The translations under genes were made by a program, and so were the position numbers. This document shows, one piece after another, positions 29,543 through 43,137 of a DNA stretch of 64,000 bases. The notes beneath the pieces were generated by a model, which ran no database searches, was not told the origin of the DNA, and saw only the letters and a list, made by a program, of their open reading frames with translations. Source of the stretch: the human T2T-CHM13v2.0 reference genome, Homo sapiens; the NCBI RefSeq assembly GCF_009914755.1, contig NC_060935.1, one strand, 5' to 3'. Numbering within the stretch: position 1 is the stretch's first letter; every line of letters starts with the position of its first letter.

Positions 29543-31783
29543 TGTAATAGTCCATTTTCAAACTGCTATGAAAAAATACCAAAGACTGGGTAATTTATAA
29601 AGGAAAGAGGTTTAATTGATTCACAGTTCCACATGGCTGAGGAGGCCTCAGGAAACTTACAATCATGGCAGAAGTCACCTCTTCACCAGACGGCAGAAGG
29701 GAGAATGAGTGCTGAGCAAAGGGAGAAGCCCCTTATAAAACCATCAGACTTCATGAGAACTCACTCACTATCCTGAGAACAGCATGGGGGAAACCACCCC
29801 GATGATTCAATTATCTCCACCTGGTCCCACCCTGGACACGTGGGGATTATTACAATTCAAGGTGAGATTTGGGTGGGGAAACAGAGCCAAACTATATCAT
29901 TCCACTCGTGGCCCCTCCCAAATCTCATGTCCTCACATTTCAAAACACAATTATGCCCTTCCAACAGTTCCCCAAAGTATTAACTCATTCCAGCATTAAC
30001 CTAAAAGTCCAAGTCCAAAGTCTCATCTGAGATAAGACAAGACCCTTCCACTTAAGAGCCTGTGAAATCAAAAGCAAGTTAGTTACTTCCTAGATACAAT
30101 GGGGGTACAGGCATTGGGTAAATACACCTGTTCCAAATGGTAGAAATTAGCCAAAACAATAGGTCCCATGTAGGTCTGACATCCAATAAGGCAGTCATTA
30201 AACCTTAAAGTTCGAAAAGATCTCCTGTGACTTCATGTCTCACATCCAGCTCAAGCTGATGCAAGAAGTGAGCTCCCATGGCCTTGGGCAGCTTTGCCCC
30301 TATGGCTTTGCAGGGTACAGCCCCATTCCCAGCTGCTTTCACAGGCTGGCACTGACTGTCTGAGACTTTTCCAGGTGCATGGTGCAAGCTGTTGGTGGAT
30401 CTGCCATTCTGGGGTCTGGAGGACAGTGGCCCTCTTCTTGCAGCTCCACTAGGCAGTGGCCCAGTGGGGACTCTGTGTGGGGGCTCTGACCCCACATTTC
30501 CCTTTTGCACTACCCTAGCAGAGGTTCTCCATGAGGGATCCACCCCTGCAGCAGACTTCTGCCTGCATTTCCATATATCCTCTGAAATCTAGGCAGAGGT
30601 TCCCAAACTTCAATTCTTGTTGTCTGTGCACCCACAGGACCGACACCACATGGAAGCTGCCAAGGCTTGCAGCTCTAAAGCAATGGCCTGAGCTGTGCAT
30701 TGGTCCCTTTTAGCCATGGCTGGAGCAGCTGGGATGCGGGGCACTAAGTCCTCAGGCTGTACACAGCAGGGGGGCCCTGGACCTGGCCCATGAAACCATT
30801 GTTCCCTCCTAGGCCTCTGGGCCTGTGATAGGAGAAGCTGCCATGAAGGTAACTAACATGCCCTGGAGACATTTTCCCCATTGTCTTGGCAATTAACATT
30901 TGGCTCCTTGTAACTTATACAAATTTCTGCAGTGGCTTGAATTTCTCCCCAGAAAACGGGTTTTTCTTTGCTACTGCATCATCAGGCTGCAAATTTTCCA
31001 AACTTTTATGCTCTGTCACCTCTTGAATGCTTTGCTGTTTAGAAATTTCTTCCACTAGATACCCTAATCATCTCTCTCAAGTTCAAAGTTCCACACATCT
31101 CTAGAACAGGAGCAAAATGCCACTAGTCTCTTTGCTAAACTATGGCAAGAGTCACCTTTATACCAGTTCCCAACAAGTTCCTCATCTCCATCTGAGACCA
31201 CCTCAGCCTGGACTTCATTGTCCATATGACTATCAGCATTTTGATCAAAGCCATTCAACAAGCCTCTAGGAAGTTCCAAACTTTCCCACATTTTCCTGTC
31301 TTCTTCTGAGCCCTCCAAACTTTTCCTACCTCTGCCTGTTACCCAGTTCCAAAGTTGCTTCCACATTTCAGGTATCCTTATAGCAGCACCCCACTCCCAG
31401 TACCAATTTACTGTATTAGTCCATTCTCATGCTGCTATAAAGAACTACCTGAGACTGGGTAATTTATAAAGGAAAGAGGTTTAATTAACTCACAGTTCTG
31501 CTTGGCTGGGTAGGCCTCAGGAAATTTACAATCATGACAGAAGGGGAAGCAAACATGCTTCACAAGGCAGCAGGAGAGAGAAGTGCTGAGCAAAGGGTGA
31601 AAAGCCTCTTATAAAACCGTCAGATCATGTGAAAACTCACTCACTATCATGAGAACAGCAACATGGGGGTAACCACCCCCATGATTCAATTACCTCCCAC
31701 TGGGTCCCTCCCACAACATGTGGGGATTATGGGAACTACAATTCAAGATGAGATTTGGGTGGGGACACAGCCAAACCATATTA
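29543..31783 (-). mobile_element. Full-length THE1 MaLR element (LTR 29543-29899, internal region, LTR 31412-31783)
   Basis: Two THE1 LTRs around a ~1.5-kb THE1-int; 5-bp TSD atatc at 29538-29542 and 31784-31788. Confidence 0.92.
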
Positions 31784-32316
31784 ATATCTAACCCATTACT
31801 CTGTCCTAAGGGCTTGTTTTATACCTGTCCATATTCCCATTCGCTTACTGGTGGCTTATGAGATTTTGAAGATAATTCAATTAGTTCCTGGCTCTCAGCC
31901 TAGACTTCACTGGTACTTAAATTCCTACTGCTAACATAATGGGGATAGTGCCTTCTCCTGATTCACCGCAAAGAAGAAAAGAAAAATGCTCCATTGCTAT
32001 CTCATCTTCCCCAGCCTTGCTTTATTTTATTATATATTTTTAAAGCAAACAAGTAACACATGTTTAAGGAGAAAAACTCAAACAGTATAGCATTTGGTAA
32101 AGTAAAAAGTGAAAACCTTTCATCTGCTCTTCTGTATCTCCTCTCCCTGGAGACATCCATGCTACCAGGTGGTTGTGTAGCCTCTGACCTAGGATAGTCA
32201 TGTGGGCTCTAAAAGCAGGTCACACGGGTTCAAGCCCAAGCCTTATCACTTACTAGTTGTAGACTTGAGCAACTTGTAGGTTAGCTAACCTCCATATGCC
32301 TTAGTATATTTATCTA

Positions 32317-32685
<369 letters not shown>

Positions 32686-32922
32686 CTAAAAAATATACAG
32701 AACAATGATTGACACTTGGTTAAATGTTTAATAAGAATAAATAATTATTATCTACCTTGTTTTTAGTAACAGCTATATAGGGTTCCACAGGGCAGGTGTC
32801 TTTTATTGATAACTGATGTGGTTTATAAATTCACTGACTAGCTACTCCAAAATCATAGTCCAATACTGAGAACAAGTTTTTGAAGTTGGGGCCACTTGGA
32901 AAATCTAGAATTTGTGGTTTGC

Positions 32923-33257
<335 letters not shown>

Positions 33258-34565
33258 GTTTTGGTTTTCTTATTTGGAATCTAGTGACATTTCTTATTAA
33301 AGCTTCCTAGTGTTCACTTGCTGCTAGAAGGTACTGCAAGAGACCATTTTCTAGCAAGGGCCACTTTATTCTTCTAGAAATAAAGTTCTCAAACCAGGCA
33401 CCCTTTCTTTCCTCCCAACTCTATGTCCTGGGTAGCCAGCACCTTGGATAATGAATGCTGCTTTGAGCTGGGATTACTACCAATTGGAAATGGGACAGTT
33501 TTTCTCTCTGCTTCTCGACATGTTTGGCTGGCAACACTCTTGGCTCCTAGCAGGTTAAAGGGACCACAAAGTGCCTTTGTTTGAATAGTCCTCTTTCCTG
33601 GAGAAAAAGAAGAGAAAGAAGCAACCCATAACAGATGGATCTAAATTGAACACACTTTTCTCAGCACTTAATTTCCCCTACACAGAGTGCAAAAGGCCTT
33701 CTGGGAATATTTCCTAAGCAGTGCCTGGTGTTTTAACCATTCGACAGCCATTAACCATATTGAGTCTCACAGGGCTCAGCTCCCCACCCCCACCGAGGAG
33801 CCCAATCAGACTACCATTTGCCTGGTAAAATGTCCTGTAAGTAGTACCAACCAATCTTCCCCAGTAAAAGGAGACCACAAACAATGTTAACAACTATGCT
33901 CGGCAGAGCCTTGATCTGTAGATGCAGACGAGGAAAAAAAAAACAAAGATCGAATATAGCCCCTGGAAGCAAATTTTCCGTCTTTCCCGGTTAAGATGTC
34001 CATTCCATTCTTGTCCCCTTTTATTAGTGGTGCTATCCATTATTAAGATGGGGTCAAAGGCAGATCAATAGGAGGTAGAGTTCTCAGACATTCTTTCTTT
34101 TTCACATCATATCCAATCAGCTGTCAGCTTGTCTACTATGTGATCGGTCTTATATCCATTCCAACTTTAGAATCTCTACTGTCTATTTTCTAGTTTAACA
34201 AAGTATATTGAAAATATTGGGTACTTTGTTGACACTCAGTCAAGGACACAAATTCTAACAATGCTATTTACTAATTGCGAGACCTCTAGCAAGTCTCTTA
34301 ACCTCACTGAGTCTTATTTGTCTCATCTGTTAAAAGGGGAATCTAATGCCTAATGCATAGCACTGCTGTAAAGATTAAATGAGAGCTGTGTTACAAGTAT
34401 CCAGTGCTGTTGATATCTACTAGGTAATCAGAAAATATCTGTTGGACAGATGAAGAGGAAGTGAATGGAGTTCCACATTCCAGTTAAATGTGATGAATGT
34501 ATATTTACTTTTACTCCTTCCCAAAACCACACTAAAATGACAAAGAGATTTAAAAAACAAGTCTA

Positions 34566-34687
34566 GACGGGTTGATAGGTGCAGCAAACCACCATGGCAC
34601 ATGTATACCTATGTAACAAACCTGCATGTTCCGCACATGTATCCCAGAACTTAAAGTAAAATAAGAAAAAAATAAAAAAATAAGAAA
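34566..34687 (+). mobile_element. Very short (~120-bp) L1PA 3' insertion
   Basis: gggttgataggtgcagcaaaccaccatggcac...cttaaagtaaaa plus A tail; TSD aaaaaacaagtcta. Confidence 0.88.
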
Positions 34688-34775
34688 AAAAAACAAGTCT
34701 AAGTCAACAAAGACACATAGATTAAAACAGCATAGCCTTGATCTCTGCGATTTGTAAATGCAACCAATATACCTC

Positions 34776-35187
34776 GTATTGGTTATCACTTGCTGCATAA
34801 CCAACCACCCCAAAGCCTAATGGCTTAAAATAAAAATCATTTTACTTGCTCATAATGGTGTGAGTCAGTCATTTGGGCTAGGCTCAGGTAGGTGGGTCTA
34901 CTGTTGGTATTAAATGAGTTCATTCATTTGCAGTCAGCTGGTAGCTGGTATGACAGGTCTGGGTTCTGCTGGGATGGTTTGGCTTCTCTCCATGTGTTCT
35001 CTCACCTTCCAGGAGTCTAGCCATTGATTCTTCACTTGGTGGGCTCAGGGTTCCTAGCAGTCAGAGAGTAAATCCCAATGCAGAAGCCTCTACCTGCTTC
35101 CCATTTGCTAATTCAATGTGGGAGAGAGCTACGCAAGGTTGTAGATAACTTGATTCACTGAGGGAATTGCTACAACAATCTACCACA
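34776..35187. mobile_element. MLT1 LTR
   Basis: gtattggttatc...tgctgcataaccaaccaccccaaa...aatctaccaca. Confidence 0.6.
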
Positions 35188-35729
35188 ACCTCTGAAGCAC
35201 ATTTACCAATGTTACCATCTTTTTCAATTAAGACAACTACATCTCTGTTGTCTCTTGTTGATAGAAATGCTTTCCAGCAGTGCTGATAGAGTCAAAGATA
35301 GGTCAAAAGAGATAAAAACAAGTGGGTAAGTGAAACTGTCTTAGCAGACCAGAGAAAAAGAAAACTAAAGTCTGAAATGGAGGAAGCCAAGAAGGAAGTT
35401 AGTTCATGCAATAGAAGCCTAGAGATTCAGATATTGAAGGCAGGAAGTACATCTGAAATTCAGTGTGTAGGTGAGGCTAAAAGGAGAATGAGCTGCAAGT
35501 TTGTGTAAAAGGCATATCTTAACTTCTATATCTTTTCTCCTGCCCTAAACAATCAAGTAAATACTCTTGCTATACCCCAGAGCCTGGAGGTACACTCTGT
35601 GGAGGTGCTGAATCATAAGGACTCTTCTGGATATCAGGCACTGCTAAATGCAAGGGCACCATACTGCAAACAGGGGAATTACACACTTGACAGTAAGAAA
35701 ACAATGGTAAAAAACTTACATGATTCCAC

Positions 35730-36240
35730 AACTGGCTAACAGGAATTCCTGAAAGAAAGAACAGAGAAAAAAGATATGAAGAAATGATCAAAGACTTCAA
35801 TAAAATTTCCCAGAAATGAGTTTGTAGACTGAAAAGACTTACTAACTACCTTGCAGAATGAATTTTTTTTAAAAAACAGAGAAAAAACAGAACTAAGGTA
35901 AATTATTGTGATTTCAGGATAACGGAGATAAAGAGATATATCCTAAAAGCAGCCAGAAAGAAAAGATCAAACAAACAAAAATCAACAAAAATAAGTCATA
36001 TACAAAGGTTCAGACATCCATATGGCATCAGACTTAATGGCCACAATGGATGCTAGAAAATAATGGAGTAATGCCTTCAAAATAATGAGGGAAATGATCT
36101 CCATATTCAGCCAAACTATAATTGTGATGGTAGGCTAAGGATATTTCAGATATTAAAGATCTGAAACAGTCTATCTTACATGGATCCTTCCTTAGGAAGT
36201 TACTGAAGGGACAAAAATTAGGAAGACATAGAAACCAGAA
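35730..36240 (+). mobile_element. Ancient L1M ORF1-region fragment
   Basis: aggaattcctgaaagaaagaacagagaaa...atcctaaaagcagccaga...atggagtaatgccttcaaa. Confidence 0.6.
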
Positions 36241-36751
36241 AACAGAGTGTGCCTGTTATCTTGTCTTGCAGCTGCAAACCCACAATTCCATACTCTGCTA
36301 CATGATTCTGGGGCTCAGACTCCAAAAATCACTCTTCACCTTGGCCAGCTGACTCCCTGTTAATCTCTGCTAGTGGGGGAGCAGGGTTGCTAGAGGGAGA
36401 CTGGAGGACTGGGGAAGGAAGAAGGGACTTATTCCTTACTGTTTGCTTGCTGTTCTCTTGCAGTTCCTGAGAGCATCACACTGGCAACACTTCTTCCCCC
36501 TGGCAGCAAAAGTTCCTTCTTGTAGCAACTGTTAATCCAGTTGACAGTTTTCCCAACACTTTCAAGATCAGCCTCCTATGCCCCTCAGAGATACCAGCAC
36601 CAGCTAAGCCACCTCTCACCCTCTGGTCTGTTAAAATAACTGGCATCATTTCTGAAGCCTGACTGATATACAGGAGATCCAATACAAGATGAAAACAAGA
36701 ACTCAAAGGGTGAGGGTGGAAGGACATCCTGGGACAATAATTATGTACCAG

Positions 36752-37272
36752 ACTAGTAGATTGCTTAAATTGATAGCCCCAGTTGGTGACCTTCCTGTAT
36801 CTATATTATTTGTAAAGTGACTTTTCAGATTCTTCCATCAAGACATGGAGTCTATTTTTGTACCTCTTGAATCTTGGCTGGCCTTGTGACTCGTTTAGCC
36901 AGTACAAAGTGATAGAAGTCACAGTGAACCATTCTAATCCTGGCCTCAACAGGCTTTACATATTTCCTTTCTCTCAGATCCTTGCCTCCACCACTGAGCC
37001 TGGGCTAACCTGCTAGAAGGATAAGAAATCATACTATCCAATAGCCACCCACCAACCTCCTGCCCCAAGCACAGCTACTTAACTAAGCTGCAATTAACTG
37101 CAGATGTCTGAAGGAGTCCTGCCAAGACCAGGAGGACCATTCAGTTGTGCTCAGTCCCAATTGCCAACCTGAAGAATTGTGAACTAAATAAATGAACTGA
37201 ATAAATAACTGATTGTTGTTTTTTACTGCTAAATCCTAGGGTAGTTTGTTTTACTGAAATAGCTGATACACA
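36752..37272. mobile_element. MLT1 LTR
   Basis: tccatcaagacatggagtctattt...ttggctggccttgtgact...agctgataca. Confidence 0.6.
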
Positions 37273-38006
37273 GGCCTAGAGAATAATGAGTTCACATTGG
37301 AGCAGAGGAGTTGGAGGCTTGCAGATGGAGATCTTCAAGAAAAAAAGTGGTATCGTTAGATAAGCTAATATGTTTCAATATATTGACAAGAATATTTACA
37401 TTTCTAGTGAAGATTAAGAAATGATTTACTTTTAGATTCATAGAAAGCAAGGCAATTTGTTATCCAAAACGTTGTACAAGAATGAGAATGAAATCATAAT
37501 GTTTTGAATGTCTCATCTATGAATAACAGTCACATGGTCATAATAAAGCAAACAATTGATATTGTTTTAACTCCAATTTATGATAGATAAGGACATTGGA
37601 AGGCTCAGAGGAGAGGGCTTGTGTGTACATGTATGATGGAGGGGTAGGTGGTGAAATGGAAGAAACCCAAATCCTACTTTCCGTAGTTAGAAGTCAAGAA
37701 ATAGCAGAACAATCATGTTAATTAGAAGCGTGGAGAAAAGCATCAGAAGAAACAGCCGAAATATTCAGTAGATGCTTCTATGGAGTCGTAATTGTTAGTG
37801 GAGTAAACTGGGGCAAAGGACAGTGCCTTTTTATTTATTTATTTATTTATTTATTTTGAGGCAGAGTCTTGCCCTGTTGTCCAGGCTGGAGTGCAGTGGT
37901 GTGATCATAATTTGACAGTGGTTTCTCATTGCAAGCATTGTGAAACGATTCGATGTGACATATGTATGTGTATAACAGAAATAATATTCAAGTTAAAAAA
38001 TGAATG

Positions 38007-38305
38007 GGCCAGGTGTGGTGGCTCACTCCTGTAATCCCCGTACTTTAGGAGGCCAAGGGGGGAGGATCACTTGAGCCCAAAGTTTCTAGACAAGCCTGGG
38101 AAACCAAGTGAGACCCCGTCTCTACAAAAAATTAGCCAGTGTAGTGGCACACACCTGTAGTCCCAGCTGAGGTGGGAGCCTGGGAGGCAGAGGTTGCAGT
38201 GAGCCGAGATTGTGCCATTGCACTCCAGCCTGGGTAACAGAGTGAGACCCTGTCTCAAAAAAAAAAAAAAAAAAAAAAAGGAAAGAAAAAAAAAGAAAAG
38301 AAAAA
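38007..38305 (+). mobile_element. AluJ with internal deletions
   Basis: Alu dimer with long A tail. Confidence 0.88.
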
Positions 38306-41025
38306 GAATACACTGTATGGATTTTCTTCCATAGTAGTTGCCACTTAACTTGCCCCTTGGTGGTTTCAGCAACCACGCCTTTTGATGATACTGTTTTTAC
38401 TAATGGAAATGCAGACAGTATTCATCAGTAATTTTCATCAGGCTGCTAGGGCCTCGCTCCCAAACCCAATCATTGAGTCTTTGATTCTACCTCCTAAAAA
38501 TGGTGATCTACCCCTTTCCATCACCATGCCACTATAAGAGCTCAGGACACCAGCATCCTGTACCTGTACCTCTGCAGCATCTTCTCAATGACTTTCTTCC
38601 CTCTCATCTTCCTAGTACCCTTCAAATGTTCTTCACAGAGCTGCCAGAATGAGCCTTCTAAACAAGTCACCTCAGGTCATTACCATATCTAAAATCCTTT
38701 ATTGATTTCCCTTTGTCTTTAGAACACAGTATAAACTCCTTAGGCACAGCTTTTCATGCTCTGGGATCTCCAACCCCTTCCAGCCTCATCTATTGCCATC
38801 TGTCAAGCTAGTCTCCAGCCATACTCAGCATCTTTCCACTCTTAATTTTGTCATGCTCTGGTTTTCTGCCAAGCTTTTGCATGTGTGATTCCCTCTTCCT
38901 AGAACATGATTCTCTTTTCTGGCAGGCATTGTAGGCAACAAGCCTACTCAAAATTCAGTCTTTCCTTTCTATTTGCCAACAGAATCCTGGAAATCTCTTA
39001 GTCCCAAGGAAAGTAGGTGCAGACCCTGGTCTAGAAGTGACATATAGTCCAGTTCTAGCTCATGATTTTTTAAAGGAAGTTGTTTCGTGACATCTTGAGA
39101 GATTTCTCCTTCTTTACAAGAAGAAGATATGTAAGCAAAAACTTTCAGCCCCATACTCCCCTCACTTTCTCCCCTAGAAATTGATTACGAGACCTGCACC
39201 TGTCACAGACCAATAAGAGAAAGGAAAGTGATGTTGACCAGAAGTCTGACTTCCTAGATCCCCTGGACCAATGCTAGAAACCACTTACTGCCAGACATTT
39301 TGTTACGTAGAAAAACAATCCTCTCTTTGTTTATGTCACTGTTGGCTGGGTTTCTGTTACTTGCAGCTGAAAGCATTTACACTAGATACAACCACACTTC
39401 CCAAGCTAAATCCTGTTTGATCTGCCGGACTCAGCAAAGTTACCACCTGGACCAGATTAGAGAACACGCTTCCCCAACCCTGGGTACCTGGAGCTTTTTA
39501 AATTATAGTATAATGGCTAAAAGTGCCATATCTAAAGCCATACTGCCTAGGTTCATAGCCCAGCTACCAACAAGTTGGTGACCTTGGGCAAGTTGTATAT
39601 TTGCTCTCTGCCTCAGTTTTCTCATCTTTTAAATGGAGATAAGAATATTACCAACCTTATCTAATTGTCATAGGGATTCAGTGAGTTAATGCATGAAATG
39701 TACTTTGTACCTGGCTCCTAGTAATCATTCAATTAATGTTTATTGTTGTTAACACAAGCTTCCTCACAGTCTTATCACAATAGCCTATTAGTCCTTTTCC
39801 CTGATAGGTCAAAAACTTAATGAAAGCAGAGGCTGCATCTATTTTATTGCTCTGTCCTCAGGAATACCTGGCCTAGAGATATGCCCAGTAAATGTTTACT
39901 GAGTGAATAAAAATATTATCACATACTGTGAACAGTATATGAAAAGCAAAACAAGTCAAACATTAACCCAGTTGAAAAGGCTTTTTATTTTTTTTCCCCC
40001 ACGTGAAACCAGTGAAGGGAGTTAAAAAATCAGCAACTTAGTTCTAGAAGGCTGCTGCAGGAGAAATTCTCATTGATGGCTCAAAGGACAAAATATCCAG
40101 GTGCTTTACTAGCCCCCAGGATAGTGAGATTCAGTCAATCAAGAAAATTACCTAAGCAGCCAAAAGATATTCTTAGAGTCAGTGTTGGGCCAATTGTTCA
40201 TAAGCATTTTACCTTTGCCTTGTCCAAGTTTGCCTTCTAAAGATAGAGTCTGTAATCAAAGATAGGTTGTGGAAAATAACAATGAATCAAAGTGCACCAA
40301 TTTGAGATAACCATACCTCTATTATCTTTCTTGTTTCATTTTGATTCACAGTGCTTTTTCTTGCCACTGACAGCCAGTGGGGCAACTCCCACTCTCAGAT
40401 TTTTCTTCTTTTTCTCTTTCTCTCTCTCTTTTTTTTTTTGATCTTGTTGCATACCAACCACTCTCTGTCTTTCAACTCATCTTTATCCCTTACTTAGTTG
40501 GAGCTTTATGATAAAGTTATTTTTTGGTGTGTGTGTGCATGTGTGTGTGTCCAAGAAAGTAGGGAAGAAAAAAATCCAGCTGAAGGATGGTTGCATACAA
40601 GTATCTTCTGGTGAGTGAGCAGTTTTATTCTCTCATGTCTGACAGGTAAGACAGGGCACAGTGCTCTTTGGGTCTTCAGAAAGCTTCTACCATCGATCTT
40701 CATGATAATTTATGATATCTCTTTCTTTTTCTTTCACCTTGAGCAATTATGGCATCTTTCTTTGCAGAAGCTCAGTAATTGGAAAACTGGTTTACAAATC
40801 TGGTAACTTTTTCTTCTTTAAAGACTTTTTTCTTATCACATACAGAGCAAAGAGAAAGAAAAAAGTATACATTGTAGTGAAACCTAGAAGGCCAAAAATC
40901 GAGTGTATCTAATATTCCCACTTTTACCTTTTAAGAAAAACTTGAAGAAGGGCACAGGAATTTGATCATTTGGATAACTCAGGGCTAAAACCAGATTAGT
41001 GATTTTCTTTTAAAAACGTATTTTA

Positions 41026-41730
<705 letters not shown>

Positions 41731-42677
41731 ACGTATTTTTAAAGACTTATAGCCTCTGCATTGATTTTAAACTATATTTGCAAGAGGGCATCAGCTCCAA
41801 GGATTACTTCATAACCAAGAGAAAATAATAACAGTAATACTGGCAACAGCTCACATTTATCAAGGATTATACTAAGCGCATTACTTCATTCACTCCCAAC
41901 AAATCCATGAGGTAGATTCTATTATTATCTCATTTTCCAAAAATGTAACTAAAGCTTACAGAGATTAAAAGCCATTTGCTAGAGATCATGGAGCTAGTAA
42001 CTGGAGCTAAGAACCCAAACTAGGTCTAACTCCAAAGCCTGTGCTCTAAACAATGGTGCAAACTCACCCAACATGTTTGACCAGCAGGAGAATCACCTTA
42101 AGAGGTTATCTGGACCCATTTCAAAACTGCCTCCAGCTTTCTCAGGGTTTCTTCCATCTAAGTGCTCCTGATTTGAGACCTGGTATTGATCAAAGACATA
42201 GCTACAAAGAGTTTAGGCAGGAGGTGCAATGTACAGTTGACATATGTACTTTGCTTGCTCCAGAAGTATTTTTAAATACAGTGTAATTAGGCAGGTATTA
42301 TACTTTTCAGCACTTGTTTCAGGGATGCTTCATATATTAATCTTGCCTACCTGGCCACTATGGGCCTTTCAATGTGTCATGCCTATTTCATTCAGAGCTG
42401 GAAGGAGATTCAAGAAATTATTTAGTCTGACGCTTTCATTTCATTGGTTTTTGTTTGTTGGCTTATTTCTATGTTATACTATTGTTGCCTTGTGCATTTT
42501 ATGTCTGAGTGTCTATGTATCAGCTAGCTTTCTCCAAATTATGTTTTGGTAACAAACAATCCCCCAATCTTAGTGGTTTAAAACAATAAAGTTTTATTTC
42601 TTGCTTAGATTATGTATTAGTCAGGGTTCCCTAGAGGGACAGAACTATTAGGATAGATGTATATATGAAGGGGAGTT

Positions 42678-43117
42678 TGTCAGGCCTCTGAGCCGAGGCC
42701 AGGCCATGGCATCCCCTGTGACTTGCACGTATACATCCAGATGGCCTGAAGTAAATGAAGATCCACAAAAGAAGTAAAAACAGCCTTAACTGATGACATT
42801 CCACCATTGTGATTTGTTCCTGCCCCACCCTAACTGATCAATGTACTTTGTAATCTCCCCCACCCTTAAGAAGTTCTTTGTAATTCTCCCCACTCTTGAG
42901 AATGTACTTTGTGAGATGCAACCCTGCCCACCAGAGAACAACCCCCTTTGACTGTAATTTTCCATTACCTTCCCAAATCCTATAAAACGGCCCCACCCCT
43001 ATCTCCCTTCGCTGACTCTCTTTTCGGACTCAGCCCGCCTGCACCCAGGTGAAATAAACAGCCATGTTGCTCACACAAAGCCTGTTTGGTGGTCTCTTCA
43101 CACGGACACGTATGAAA
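42678..43117 (+). promoter_or_regulatory. 5' LTR7Y-type LTR (TATA cctataaaa, CCCCACCC KLF-type boxes)
   Basis: tgtcaggcctctgag...tgaaa; type-II-like U3 joined to the ccagagaacaacccccttt block. Confidence 0.85.
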
Positions 43118-43119
43118 CT

Positions 43120-43137
43120 TGGTGCCGTGACTCGGAT
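43120..43137 (+). other. Primer-binding site, tRNA-His
   Basis: tggtgccgtgactcggat, complementary to the tRNA-His 3' 18 nt. Confidence 0.93.
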
